Origin: an uncultured Actinomycetes bacterium
GTDB taxonomy: Bacteria > Actinomycetota > Thermoleophilia > UBA2241
NCBI GenBank assembly: GCA_963709345.1
Contig: CAVPVX010000010.1
Coordinates: forward strand, 32,001-96,000
Direction: 5' to 3'
DNA: 64,000 bases
Shown: one piece after another, positions 1 through 12,279 of the stretch
How the letters are laid out: every line of letters begins with the position of its first letter
Numbering within the stretch: the first letter of the stretch is position 1
Program-made: the position numbers and the translations under genes
The notes under the pieces: generated by a model
The model's input: the letters and a program-made list of their open reading frames with translations, nothing else
Told to the model about the DNA's origin: nothing
Database searches by the model: none

Positions 1-443
1 TCACCGCGATGACCGGCGGCCAGACCAACCCCGGCAACGTGCGGACGCTGGCCGGCGCGGAGACGAAGCCGGTGGACATCGCGGCGATCTGCCGGGCGCT
101 CGGAGTCGAGCACGTCGAGTCCGTCGACCCCTACGACTACGAGGCGTGCGTCGCGGCGCTGGAGACGGGGCTCGCCTTCGAGGGCCCCGCCGTCATCATC
201 ACGGACCGGCCCTGCATGCTCTTCCCGAGCAAGCTCCCGGGCGACGCCCACTACGTGGTCGACGAGGATGTCTGCAACGCCTGCCAGCAGTGCATGAAGC
301 TCGGCTGCCCGTCGCTGCACCATGTCGACGTCGAGCACAAGGGCCGGCACAAGGTCGCGATCGACATCGAGACGTGCACCGGGTGCTCGCTCTGCGCGCA
401 GCTCTGCAAACCGGGCGCGATCAAGAAGGCAGGTGACGCATGA
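1..443 (+). CDS. iorA: Indolepyruvate:ferredoxin oxidoreductase alpha subunit, C-terminal part (truncated by window edge)
   Basis: TAMTGGQ TPP-domain motif; C-terminal ferredoxin domain (CNACQQC..GCP, CTGCSLCAQLC); overlaps iorB. Confidence 0.85.
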   Translation, partial: TAMTGGQTNPGNVRTLAGAETKPVDIAAICRALGVEHVESVDPYDYEACVAALETGLAFEGPAVIITDRPCMLFPSKLPGDAHYVVDEDVCNACQQCMKLGCPSLHHVDVEHKGRHKVAIDIETCTGCSLCAQLCKPGAIKKAGDA

Positions 444-1081
444 GCGGCGAGCAGTCCAAGTCCCCGGCGCCGAACGCCTGCGCCGCGCACTACGCGGACG
501 GCGTGGTCGACGACATCATGGTGGTCGGGGTCGGCGGCCAGGGCGTGATCGTGGCCGCCGCGGTCATCGCCGACACGGCGCTGCTGCACGGCGATCTCGA
601 GGTGAAGCTCAGCGAGACTCGCGGGATGAGCCAGCGCGGCGGCAGCGTCAGCTCGCACATCCGCATCGGCAAGACCGTTGTGGCGCCGAGCATCAGCCCC
701 GGTGAGGTCGACTACCTGCTCGCCTTCGAGCAGGCCGAGGGCCTGCGGCTGGCTCCGTCGGTCGTCCCCGGCGGCGTCGCCATCGTGAACCTGCAGCAGA
801 TCGTCCCCCCGCTCGCCTCGCAGGGCGAGTTCGCCTACCCGTTTGACGCCGTCGAACGCATGGACGACGGCTCCAGGCGGCTGATCGCCCTCGACGGCAA
901 CGCGATCGCCCTCGAGGTCGGCGACCTCAAGGTGGCCGGTATCGTCCTCGTCGGGGCCTTGTCGACGCACCTCCCGTTCAACGTCGCCACGTGGCAGGAG
1001 GCGCTGGCACGCAACGTGCCGGCGAAGTGGAAGGCGCTGAACTTCGCCGCTTTCGCGGCGGGCCGCGAGGCGGGGGCGTGA
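440..1081 (+). CDS. iorB: Indolepyruvate:ferredoxin oxidoreductase beta subunit
   Basis: GVGGQG and SETRGMSQRGGSV motifs; ATGA overlap with iorA. Confidence 0.88.
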   Translation: MSGEQSKSPAPNACAAHYADGVVDDIMVVGVGGQGVIVAAAVIADTALLHGDLEVKLSETRGMSQRGGSVSSHIRIGKTVVAPSISPGEVDYLLAFEQAEGLRLAPSVVPGGVAIVNLQQIVPPLASQGEFAYPFDAVERMDDGSRRLIALDGNAIALEVGDLKVAGIVLVGALSTHLPFNVATWQEALARNVPAKWKALNFAAFAAGREAGA

Positions 1082-2448
1082 GTGCGCTGAGTCCCGGCGG
1101 CGCGGCCGCAGGCCTGCACGCCGCCGGCGAGGAGCGCGAGTACTTCGACCCTGCCGACGAGATGCTCGAGCCCGGCGCCCTGCGGGCGCTCCAGCTCGAG
1201 CGTCTGCGACAGGTGGTCTCCCACGCGTACGCCCGGAGCGCGGCGTACCGCGAGCTGTGCCACTCCGCCGCTGTCGAGCCGGCCGACATCACGTCGCTGG
1301 ACGACGCGCGCCGCCTGCCCTTCATCGAGAAGACGACGCTGCGCGACACGTATCCTGACGGCCTGCGCACGTGCGGCATCGACGCCATCATCGAGGTGCA
1401 CTCGACCTCGGGAACGACCGGCAAGCCCTCGCCGATCTGGGTGACGCGCCGCGACATGGCGTTCTGGGCTCAGCGCAACGCGCGTTCGCTGTGGATGGTC
1501 GGCCTCCGGCCCGGTGACCTCCTGCAGAACTGCTTCGGCTACGGTCTCCCGACCAGCATCGGCCTGCAGTACGGCGCCCAGCACGCCGGCATCGGCGTAG
1601 TCCCCGCCGGCATCGGCCGCCAGGAGTTGCTCGTCGATCTCATCGTCGATCTGGGCGTGACCGCGATCTGCACCACGCCGTCCTACGGGCTCTACCTCGC
1701 CGACAAGGCGAAGGAGCGCGGCATAGACCTCGCGACCGGCTCCAGGTTGCGCACCGGGCTGTTCGGCGCCGAGCCCTGGCCGGAGTCGGGACGCGAGCGG
1801 CTCACGGCGGCTCTCGGTGTGGACGCCTTCAACGAGTACGGCATGGGCGAGTTCCTCGGGCCCGGGATGGCCTGCGAGTGCCCGGTCAAGCAGGGCATGC
1901 ACGTGTGGTCGGACCATCTGCTCGTCGAGTGCATCGACCCGGTGACGCTCGAGCCGGTCGCCGACGGCGCCCCCGGCGAGCTCGTCTGGACCTCGCTCAC
2001 CAGCGACTCCATGGCGATGATCCGGTATCGCAGTCACGACATCAGCTCGCTGAGCTGGGAGCCGTGCGCCTGCGGTCGCACCCACCCGAAGATCGGCCGC
2101 ATCACCGGGCGGAGCGACGACGCTCTTTCACTCGGTGGCCTCGTCGTCTTCCCCAGTCAGATCGAGGAGGCTCTGGTGCGCCACGACGAGTTCGGCAGCA
2201 ACTTCTGCATCGTCGTCGAGAACGTCGACAACCTCGACCGGCTCACCCTGCAGGTGGAGATCCGCGGTCTCGACGCGCTGAGCGATGATGGCCGGACCCG
2301 TCTGGCGCGCGCTCTCGCGACCGCGGTCAAGTCGACGACCGGGGTGACGCCGCGCATGGAGCTCCACTCGCCGTTCTCCCTGTCGCGCGAGACCGGCGGC
2401 CAGGGTAAGACGGCCTGTCATCGCGTCGACGACCGGCGCGGCCGCTGA
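1078..2448 (+). CDS. paaK: Phenylacetate-CoA ligase family protein
   Basis: HSTSGTTGKP, FGAEPW, YGMGE, GRSDD motifs; GTG start overlaps the iorB stop. Confidence 0.8.
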   Translation: MSALSPGGAAAGLHAAGEEREYFDPADEMLEPGALRALQLERLRQVVSHAYARSAAYRELCHSAAVEPADITSLDDARRLPFIEKTTLRDTYPDGLRTCGIDAIIEVHSTSGTTGKPSPIWVTRRDMAFWAQRNARSLWMVGLRPGDLLQNCFGYGLPTSIGLQYGAQHAGIGVVPAGIGRQELLVDLIVDLGVTAICTTPSYGLYLADKAKERGIDLATGSRLRTGLFGAEPWPESGRERLTAALGVDAFNEYGMGEFLGPGMACECPVKQGMHVWSDHLLVECIDPVTLEPVADGAPGELVWTSLTSDSMAMIRYRSHDISSLSWEPCACGRTHPKIGRITGRSDDALSLGGLVVFPSQIEEALVRHDEFGSNFCIVVENVDNLDRLTLQVEIRGLDALSDDGRTRLARALATAVKSTTGVTPRMELHSPFSLSRETGGQGKTACHRVDDRRGR

Positions 2449-2639
2449 CCCGTCGCGTCACTGCGCCGCGCCAATCCAGCGTGGCGGCCTGAGCCGAATC
2501 GCGAAGCGAAAACGAGTTCAGGATGCTGGACAGCCCTCCAGAGGCCTTGAAGCAGTTGCCGGCTCCCGTCAGGGTGGGATCAGGAACACCGCGTGAGCGA
2601 CTGCACGCCCGAAAACCTCCCCACGAAGCGAGGCCGCAC

Positions 2640-4333
2640 GTGAACACCACAGGAGCTTCGACCACCGCGGGCCCGCGCCCGGTGCGCGCGCCGCGCGGGA
2701 CGGAGATCAGCTGCAGGGGCTGGCAGCAGGAAGCCGCGCTGCGCATGCTCATGAACAACCTCGATCCCGGAGGTCGCCGAGGAGCCGGACGAGCTGGTCG
2801 TCTACGGCGGCACCGGCAAGGCGGCGCGCGACTGGGCGAGCTTCGACGCGATCGTCGCGCACGCTGCGCCGCCTCAAGGACGACGAGACGCTGCTCGTGC
2901 AGAGCGGCAAGCCCGTCGGCGTCTTCGCAGACGCACGACGATGGCGCCGCGCGTGCTCATCGCCAACGCCAACCTCGTGCCCGACTGGGCGAACTGGGAC
3001 GAGTTCCGGCGGCTGGAGGCGCTGGGCCTCACCATGTACGGGCAGATGACCGCCGGCACCTGGATCTACATCGGCACGCAGGGCATCCTGCAGGGCACGT
3101 ACCAGACGTTCGCCGCCGCCGGCCAGAAGCACTACGGCGGTCGACTCGCCGGCCGGCTCGTGCTGACCGCCGGCCTCGGCGGCATGGGCGGCGCACAGCC
3201 GCTGGCCGTCACCATGGCGGGCGGCGTGGCGCTCTGCGTCGAGGTCGACCCGCACCGCATCGAGCGCCGTCTCGAGACCGCCTACCTCGACGTCGCGACC
3301 GAGTCGCTCGACGAGGCGCTGCGTCTCGCCGACGCGGCCGTCAGGGCGAAGCAGCCGCTCTCAGCATCGGGCTGCTGCGGCAACGCCGCCGACGTGCTAC
3401 CCGGAGCTCGTGCGCCGCGGCTTCACACCCGACCTCGTCACCGACCAGACCTCGGCGCACGACACCCTCGACGGCTACGTGCCCAACGGCATGACCCTCG
3501 CCGAGGCCGCTCGAGCTGCGCGGCGCCGACCCGAAGGAGTACGTGCGCGCGTGCCGTGGCCAGCATCGTCGTGCACGTGCGGGCGATGGTCGCCTTGCAG
3601 AAGGCCGGCGCCCACGTGTTCGACTACGGCAACAACATCCGCGGCGAGGCGAAGGAGGCCGGCTACGCCGACGCCTTCGCCTTCGCCGGCTTCGTGCCGC
3701 CTATATCCGGCCGCTGTTCTGCCGCGGCAACGGCCCCTTCCGCTGGGCGGCGCTCAGCGGCGACCCGGCCGACATCGCCGCGACCGACGCGGCCCTGCTC
3801 GAGGCCTTCCCGGACAACGAGATGGTCGCGCGCTGGCTCCGCATGGCCGGCGAGAAGGTCGCGTTCCAGGGGCTGCCCTGCCGCATCTGCTGGCTCGAGT
3901 ACGGCGAGCGCGCCAAGGCGGGCCTGATCTTCAACGACCTGGTGCGCACGCGGCAAGGTCAAGGCGCCGATCGTGATCGGCCGCGACCACCTCGACTCCG
4001 GCTCGGTGGCCAGTCCGTACCGCGAGACCGAGAGCATGCGCGACGGCAGCGACGCGATCGCCGACTGGCCGATCCTCAACGCACTGCGTCAACACCGCCG
4101 CCGGCGCCAGCTGGGTAAGCTTCCACCACGGCGGCGGCGTGGGTATCGGCAAGAGCCTGCACGCCGGCATGGTGGTGGTCGCCGACGGCAGCGACATGAT
4201 GGACGAGCGCTTGCGGCGCGTGCTCACCAGCGACCCGGGCACCGGCGTCATGCGTCACGTCGACGCGGGGTACCCCGAGGCGATCGAGAAGGCCCGCGAG
4301 TCGGGCATCGATCTGCCCGATGATGGAGAGTGA
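2640..4333 (+). CDS. hutU: Urocanate hydratase (many single-base frameshifts, probably sequencing errors)
   Basis: Conserved blocks in successive frames: [94 protein letters not shown]. Confidence 0.9.
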
Positions 4334-4336
4334 GCG

Positions 4337-4669
4337 ATGAGCGAGACGAGCGCCGCCTCCGGCGCGACCGTGGTCGACGAGGCGCTGGACCTCCAGGTCC
4401 CGCTGGAGATCGGCCTTTGCAAGGCCTGCGGCATCTGCATCGAGCTGTGCCCGGAGAAGGTGTTCGACCGCGACAAGCTCGGCCGTACCCGGTGGTCGCG
4501 CGCCCCGAGGACTGCACCCGTGTCTGCTCTGCGAGCTGCACTGCCCGGACTTCGCGCTCGAGATCAAGCGGCGGCGCGCAAGAAGAAGGCCGCGCGTCCG
4601 CCGGCCGTCGAGCCCGAGCAGCTGGCCACCGTTTCCGAGCCGTGCAGCCACGACGGCGAGGAGGGCTGA
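4337..4669 (+). CDS. korD: 2-oxoacid:ferredoxin oxidoreductase delta subunit / 2x[4Fe-4S] ferredoxin (frameshifted)
   Basis: CKACGICIELCP; second cluster (CT.C.LCELHCPDFA) recoverable across a frameshift near 4490-4560. Confidence 0.7.
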   Translation: MSETSAASGATVVDEALDLQVPLEIGLCKACGICIELCPEKVFDRDKLGRTRWSRAPRTAPVSALRAALPGLRARDQAAARKKKAARPPAVEPEQLATVSEPCSHDGEEG

Positions 4670-4670
4670 G

Positions 4671-5851
4671 ATGGGCGTCGCCGAGACAGCCGCTTCCGCG
4701 CCGTGCTGCTGCAGGGCAACGAGGCCGTCGCCGAAGGCGCCATCGCCGCCGGCGCCCGCTTCTTCGCCGGCTACCCGATCACGCCGTCGACCGAGATCGC
4801 CGAGGTGCTCGCCCGGCGCATGCCCCAGGTCGGCGGCACCTTCATCCAGATGGAGGACGAGATCGCCAGCATCGCCGCCGTCTGCGGCGCGTCCCTCGCC
4901 GGTCAGAAGGCGCTCACCGCGACCTCCGGCCCGGGCTTCAGCCTCATGCAGGAGATGATCGGCTTCGCCTCGATGGCGCAGATCCCCTGCGTGATCGTCG
5001 ACGTCATGCGCGGCGGGCCGTCTACGGGTCTGCCGACGGAGCCCAGCCAGGGTGACGTGATGCAGGCCCGCTGGGGCACGCACGGCGAGCACTCGGTGAT
5101 CGCTCTCGTGCCGAGCAGCGTCAAGGAGTGCTACACGCTGACCGTCGAGGCGTTCAACCTCTCCGAGCAGTACCGCACGCCGGTGATCATCCTCTCGGAC
5201 GCGCTGATCGGGCACATGCGCGAGGCGGTCGTCCTTCCCGGTCCGGATGAGCTTCGCGTGGCGGAACGTGCCGAGCTCGAGCTCGATCCGGACGACTACG
5301 ACACCACCTCCAGCACGCTGGACAACATCCTGCCGCGGCCGCCCTTGGGCTCGGCGTTCAAGGTCCACGTGACGGGCCTTGTCTACAACCGCCGCAGCGG
5401 CACCCCCGACACCGCCGACCCGGCCGCGGCCGCCGACCTCGGCCGCTACCTGCGCGAGAAGATCTACCACCACCGCGACGCGATCGCCAGGGTGGAGGAG
5501 ACGCACATGGAGGATGCCGAGGTCGCGATCTTCGCCTACGGCTCCGTCGCCCGCTCGGCGCTGGCCGTCGTGCGCTGGGCGCGCGCCCAGGGCGTCCCGG
5601 TCGGGCTGGTCCGCCCGATCACCATCTGGCCGTTCCCCACGCACGCCGTCGACCGCATGGCCGGGCAGGTGCGCAGCGTGATCGTCCCCGAGATGAACGT
5701 CAGGCAGATGAGCTGGGAGGTGCAGGCCGCCGTCGCCGGCCGCGCCAAGGTGGTCGACTACGGCCGCATCGACGGCAAGCTGATCACCCCGGCCGAGATC
5801 AAGGAACTCGTCAAACAGGAGTTCTACTACCACAAATGGGAGGACGAATGA
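4671..5851 (+). CDS. korA: 2-oxoacid (2-oxoglutarate-type):ferredoxin oxidoreductase alpha subunit; start uncertain (ORF from 4703, probable indel before it)
   Basis: GNEAVAEGA, YPITPSTEI, QMEDEIAS, ATSGPGFSLMQE, RGGPSTGLPT. Confidence 0.88.
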
Positions 5852-6741
5852 GCGCCCTGGTCGACGAGCAGACGCTCGAGAAGTCACCGAAGGGCGACCC
5901 CCAGCTCCCGAGGATCAAGCCGCACACGACCTCCGAGATCAAGGCGCATCTGCGTGCCGCCAAGACGCTCTGGTGCCCGGGCTGCTCCAACGGCACGATC
6001 ACCCGGGCGTTGATCGACGCGCTCCTGGGTCTCGAGGTCGACCCCGCTAAGGTCGTCGTGGTCGCCGGCATCGGCTGCAGCGGTCGCGTCAGCGCCTATC
6101 TCGACTACTCGACCGTCCACACCGCCCACGGCCGCGCGCTTGCCGTGGCCACCGGCGTCAAGGCGGCGGACCCGTCGCTGCACGTGATCGTCGCCATGGG
6201 CGACGGCGACAGCTCGGCGATCGGCGGCAACCACTTCATCCACGCGGCGCGCCGCAACATCGACCTCACGGCGCTGGTCTTCAACAACTCCATCTACGGC
6301 ATGACCGGCGGTCAGACCAGCCCGACGACGCACCTCGGCGACAAGTCGACGACGAGCGTGTACGGCAACGTCGAGCCCGCCTTCGACCTTTGCGAGCTGG
6401 CGCACGCCGCGGGAGCGACCTACGTCGCCCGCGGCACCGCCTGGGCGTACCGTCAGCTGGTCAACGTGATCGCCGGCGGCATCGCGCACAAGGGCTTCTC
6501 GATGGTCGAGGCGATGGCGATCTGCCCCGTCTACTACGGGCGCTTCAACCTCACCTCCGACCCCACCGAGTTCCTGCTGGTGCAGAAGGAGCACGCGGTG
6601 CCCGCGAGCGAGTTCGACGAGGGCGAGTCGCGCGTGCGCGACAAGTACCCGGTCGGGTTGCTGCATCACGCCGAGCGCCAGGAGTTCGTGACCGCGCTGG
6701 CGGAGGTCAAGGAGAGGGCGAAGGAGACATCCAATGGCTGA
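5848..6741 (+). CDS. korB: 2-oxoacid:ferredoxin oxidoreductase beta subunit
   Basis: WCPGC, GIGCS, GDGD...GGNHFIHAARRN, YGMTGGQ.SPT. Confidence 0.9.
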   Translation: MSALVDEQTLEKSPKGDPQLPRIKPHTTSEIKAHLRAAKTLWCPGCSNGTITRALIDALLGLEVDPAKVVVVAGIGCSGRVSAYLDYSTVHTAHGRALAVATGVKAADPSLHVIVAMGDGDSSAIGGNHFIHAARRNIDLTALVFNNSIYGMTGGQTSPTTHLGDKSTTSVYGNVEPAFDLCELAHAAGATYVARGTAWAYRQLVNVIAGGIAHKGFSMVEAMAICPVYYGRFNLTSDPTEFLLVQKEHAVPASEFDEGESRVRDKYPVGLLHHAERQEFVTALAEVKERAKETSNG

Positions 6742-7345
6742 CGTCGCCGACAGGCTCGCGCGCGTGGAGCTCCGCTTCTCCGGCTCGGGCGGGCAGGGCA
6801 TCCTTCTGGCCGCGGCGATCGTCGCCGAAGGCGCGACGGCGCTGGGCAAGCACGTCGTGCAGACCCAGAGCTACGGCCCAGAGGCGCGCGGCGGCGCGTC
6901 CAAGTCGGAGGTCATCGTCTCGGACGAGGACATCGACTACCCTGAAGTCCTCACGCCGGACATCAACCTCGTCCTCTCTCAGGCGGCCTACGAGAAGTAC
7001 GCGGCCGACACGCGGCCCGGAGGTCTGCTCGTCTACGACTCCGGGCTGGTCGAGCCGGACGAGCGCGCCGCCGGGCTGCGGCTCCATGGTCTGCCCTTCA
7101 CCCAGGCGGCGGTGGACGAGCTCGGCAAGAAGGTCGTGACCAACATCGTCTCGCTCGGCGCCTTCGTCGCCATCAGCGGCGTGCTGCCGCCCGAGGCCGT
7201 CGAGCAGGCCGTTCTGAACCGCGTGCCCGCCCGCTTCCGCGAGCTCAACGAGCAGGCGTTCGGGCTGGGGCTGCGGCTCGCCGCCGCGGCCGGGTCGGAG
7301 GCGCCGACGTCCCCCGACGCCGTCGCTTCGTCGTCTGCCGGGTGA
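6734..7345 (+). CDS. korC: 2-oxoacid:ferredoxin oxidoreductase gamma subunit
   Basis: GSGGQG, QSYGPEARGGAS. Confidence 0.9.
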   Translation: MADVADRLARVELRFSGSGGQGILLAAAIVAEGATALGKHVVQTQSYGPEARGGASKSEVIVSDEDIDYPEVLTPDINLVLSQAAYEKYAADTRPGGLLVYDSGLVEPDERAAGLRLHGLPFTQAAVDELGKKVVTNIVSLGAFVAISGVLPPEAVEQAVLNRVPARFRELNEQAFGLGLRLAAAAGSEAPTSPDAVASSSAG

Positions 7346-8534
7346 GGGCAGTGGACCTGCTGGAACACCAGGGCAAGCGCCTCTTCGCCGAAGCGGGACT
7401 GCCGGTACTTCCGTCGCGCGTCGCCGGTTCCACTGCCGAGGCGTGCGAGGCGGCCGAAGCTCTGGGATTCCCGGTCGTGGTCAAGGCGCAGGTCAAGTCC
7501 GGCGGGCGTGGCAAGGCCGGAGGCATCCGCATCTGCGCCGCTGCCGCCGACGTCGAGGCCGCCACCGCCGAGATCTTGGCCATGACCATCCGTGGCAAGG
7601 CCGTCGAGTCGGTGCTCGTCGAGCAGGCGGTCGAGGTCGAGCGTGAGATGTACCTCGCGATCGCCTTGTCGCGAGCCCTCCGCACGCCTCTGCTCATCTT
7701 CTCGCGCGAGGGCGGCGTCGACATCGAGGCTCTCGCCGAGAACGATCCCGGAGCGCTCGTGCGCAGCCCCGTCGATCCACTGATCGGACTCTGCGACTAC
7801 CAGGTGCGGGACGTCGTCGCGGCCGCTTCACTCGACTCGGATGGGCCGGCTGCTGCAGACGCGAAGCGGGCGCTGGCGGCGGTCGTGCGCACTGTGTGGC
7901 GTGTCTACCACGACAGCGATGCGACACTCGTCGAGGTCAACCCTCTGGTGCTGACGCGACGCGGCGAGATCGTCTGTCTCGACAGCAAGGTGACGATCGA
8001 CGAGAACGCACTGCACCGCCAGACGGATCACAAGCTGGACGCGCCTGCGGACGAGCGCGAGGCGAAGGCCCGCAGGGCAGGCCTCGCGTTCGTCGCTCTC
8101 GACGGCGACATTGGCGTGCTCGGCAACGGCGCCGGCCTCGTGATGAGCACGATCGACCAGATCGCCGCCGCCGGCGGCAACGCCGCCGACTTCTGCGACA
8201 TCGGCGGCGGCGCCCGCGCCGACGTCGTCGCGGCGGCGCTCGAGGCGATCCTCGCCGAGCGCCCGATCGCGGCGCTGCTGGTCAGCGTCTTCGGCGGTAT
8301 CACACGCTGCGACGAGGTCGCGCGCGGATTGATTGAGGCGCTCGGCCCGGCGCGGCTCGAGGCGCCGGTCGTGGTGCGCCTCGACGGCAACGCGGCGAAG
8401 GAGGGGCGCGCCGTCCTTGCGGAGGCGCGCCTCCAGGGCGTCACCGTCGCCGCCACGGCGACGGAGGCCGTGACCGAGGTCGTCGCTGCGGCTCGCTCTC
8501 ACGCGCCCGCCGGCTCTCCGGAAGGCGGTGCCTG

Positions 8535-8535
<1 letters not shown>
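7342..8535 (+). CDS. sucC: Succinyl-CoA synthetase beta subunit
   Basis: LLEHQGK, KAQV..GGRGKAGG, EVNPL, NGAGLVM.T.D, FGGITRCD. Confidence 0.9.
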
Positions 8536-9415
<880 letters not shown>

Positions 9416-9419
<4 letters not shown>

Positions 9420-10963
9420 CCCGGATCGTCATCGGAGCCGCGCCGCTCACCATAGACGACGTGGTCGCGGTGGCGCGCGGCGGAGCCGAGGTCGCTCTCG
9501 GCCGCGCCGCTCGCGAACGCATCGCGGCGGCGCACGACGTGATCGCCGCCGTGATCGCGAACGAACTGGTCGCCTACGGCGTCACCACGGGGTTCGGACT
9601 GCTGGCGACCACGCACATCCCGGTCGACAAGGTCCGCGAACTGCAGGAGAACCTGGTGCGCAGCCATGCCGTCGGCGTCGGCGTGCCGCTCTCGCGCGAG
9701 GTCGTGCGCGCCGGAATGACGATCCGGCTCAACACCATGGCTCGCGGGCACTCGGGCGTGCGCGAAGAGGTCGCGGAGCACCTCGCCGCCTGCATCAACG
9801 CCGATATCGTTCCGTGGGTGCCGTCACGCGGCTCGCTGGGCGCTTCCGGCGACCTCGCCCCCTCCGCGCACCTGGTGCTCGCGATGATGGGCGAGGGCGA
9901 GGTCCTCACGAAGGAAGGGCGGCGCGAGCCGAGCATGCCCGCGTTGCGGGCAGCCGGGCTCGCGCCCCTCACCCTGGAGGCAAAAGAAGGACTCAGTCTG
10001 CTCAACGGCACCCAGTTCATGGCCGCCATTGGCTGTCTGCTGGTCGCCGACGGCGAGGCGCTCCTCGACTCCGCCGACCTGATCGGCGCCATGAGCCTCG
10101 AGGGCCTGCGTGCCTCCGTCGGTCCCTTCGAGGAGCGTATCCAGGCGCTCCGCCCGATACCCGGCCAGCTCGAATGCGCCGCCAACGTGCGTCGCGCCAC
10201 CGCCGGCAGCGCGATCATGCAGAGCCACCTCAACTGCGACAAGGTGCAGGACGCCTATTCGCTGCGCTGCATCCCTCAGGTGCACGGCGCCTGCCGCGAC
10301 GCTCTCGCGTGGCTGCGCCGGGTCGTCGGCGTCGAGGTCGATTCGGTCACCGACAACCCGCTCATCTTCCCCGACTCCGGCGAGATCATCTCGGCCGGCA
10401 ACTTCCACGGCGAGCCGCTGGCCCTGGCGCTCGACCTGGCGGCGATGAGTCTCTCGGAGATCGCGAGCATCAGCGAGCGCCGCACCTTCCGCATGCTCAC
10501 CACCTCGCTCAGCGAGCTCCCGGCGTTCCTCACGACCGACAGCGGCCTGAACAACGGCTACATGATCGCCCAGTACACGGCCGCCGCGCTGGTTGCCGAG
10601 AACAAGATCCTCTGTCACCCGGCGAGCGTCGACTCGATCCCGAGTTCCGGCGACCAGGAGGACCACGTGAGCATGGGTATGACTGCGGCGCTCAAGGCTC
10701 AGGACGTGCTTCGCAATGCGCTCAGCGTCCTCGGCATAGAGGCGCTCTGCGCGGCCCAGGCCATAGACCTGCTGGCGCCGCTCACGCCCGGCGCCGGTAC
10801 CGGGGCCGGGCTGGCGATCGTCCGTGCGCTGACGCCGACACTGGGTCGCGACAGGTATCTGGCGCCGGAGATCGAGGCCGCAGCGGCTGCCGTGGCCGCC
10901 GGCCGCTTCGCCGCCGTGGTGCGCGAAGACGCCGGCGCCGCGATGGGAGGAGCGGGCCTATGA
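9416..10963 (+). CDS. hutH: Histidine ammonia-lyase
   Basis: YGVTTGFG, MIO-forming GASGDLAP, KEGLSLLNGTQ, QDAYSLRC, NFHGEP, QEDHVSMG; AAGGAGG RBS. Confidence 0.95.
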
Positions 10964-12279
10964 GCGTCACCTGCGATCTGCTGGTGCGCGGCGCCTCCGA
11001 GGTCGTCACGATGCGCGCGCCGGACGGCGGCGCCCTGCCGCTCTCAGGGCCTGCGACGGCCGCCGACCTCGGTGTGATCGCCGGCGCCGCCGTCGCCGCT
11101 CGTGATGGCCGCATCGTGTGGGTCGGCGCCGAGACCGACGTCGCCGCCGCGCTCGACGTCCCCGACGACGCTCTCGTGGTCGACGTCGAGGGCGCCGCCG
11201 TGCTGCCCGGTCTCGTCGACGCGCACACGCACGTGGTGTGGGCCGGCGAGCGGGCCGCGGAGTACGGGATGCGTCTCGCCGGCGCCACGTATCTGGAGGT
11301 CCAGGAGGCCGGCGGCGGGATCAACAGCACGGTCAGGGCGACGCGGGCGGCCTCCCGTGAGGAGCTTGCCGCCCTGGCGGTCAGGCGACTCGACTCGTTC
11401 CTGCGGCACGGCACCACCACGCTCGAGATGAAGACCGGCTACGGTCTCACGCTCGAGGACGAGCGCAAGCAGCTCGCCGCCGGCAAGGTCGCCCACCCCG
11501 CGAACCGCGTGCACACGGTGCTGGCCGCTCACCTCACGCCCGAGGAGTACTCGGGTCGCGACGACGAGTACATCGACCTCGTCTGCGCCGAGATCCTGCC
11601 GGCGCTCGCCGGCCAGGCGGAGTTCGCCGACGTGTTCTGCGACGAGGGCGCCTTCACCGTCGCGCAGTCGCGGCGCGTGCTCGAGGCGGGCCGCGCCGCC
11701 GGCTTCCGGCTCAAGATCCACGCGGAGGAGCTCGTCCACACGGGTGGCACGGCGCTGGCGGCGGAGCTCGGCGCCGTCTCGGCCGACCACCTCATCCATA
11801 TCACCGGCGAGGACATCGCGGCGCTCCGCGCCTCGGGCACCGTCGCCGTCCTGCTCCCGGGCACGAGCTACACGCTGCACACCACGTATGCTCCGGCGCG
11901 AGCGCTGCTGGAGGCCGGCGTCATCATCGCTCTGGCCACCGACTTCAACCCGGGCAGCTGCTACTGCGAGAATCTCCAGCTGATGATCTCGCTCGCCTGC
12001 CAGGAGCAGCGGCTGACTCCCGCCGAGGCTCTCCGCGCCGCCACGCTCGGCGGCGCGGCGGCGCTCGGCTTGCAGAGCGAGGTCGGCAGTGTCGAGGTCG
12101 GCAAGCGCTGCGACCTGCTGGTGCTCGACGCCGCGTCGCACGAAGAGCTCCCCTACCACCACGGCGTCAATCTCGTGACCGGCGTCGTCGCCGGCGGCGA
12201 GCTGGTCGTGCAGGACCGAGCGCTCCGCGTCCCTTCGAGCGCGCCCCCCGCCACCACCGCAGACGGAGGCCGGCTGTGA
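10960..12279 (+). CDS. hutI: Imidazolonepropionase
   Basis: PGLVDAHTH, GGGINSTV, EMKTGYGL, IHAEE, SADHL, ATDFNPGS. Confidence 0.95.
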   Translation: MSVTCDLLVRGASEVVTMRAPDGGALPLSGPATAADLGVIAGAAVAARDGRIVWVGAETDVAAALDVPDDALVVDVEGAAVLPGLVDAHTHVVWAGERAAEYGMRLAGATYLEVQEAGGGINSTVRATRAASREELAALAVRRLDSFLRHGTTTLEMKTGYGLTLEDERKQLAAGKVAHPANRVHTVLAAHLTPEEYSGRDDEYIDLVCAEILPALAGQAEFADVFCDEGAFTVAQSRRVLEAGRAAGFRLKIHAEELVHTGGTALAAELGAVSADHLIHITGEDIAALRASGTVAVLLPGTSYTLHTTYAPARALLEAGVIIALATDFNPGSCYCENLQLMISLACQEQRLTPAEALRAATLGGAAALGLQSEVGSVEVGKRCDLLVLDAASHEELPYHHGVNLVTGVVAGGELVVQDRALRVPSSAPPATTADGGRL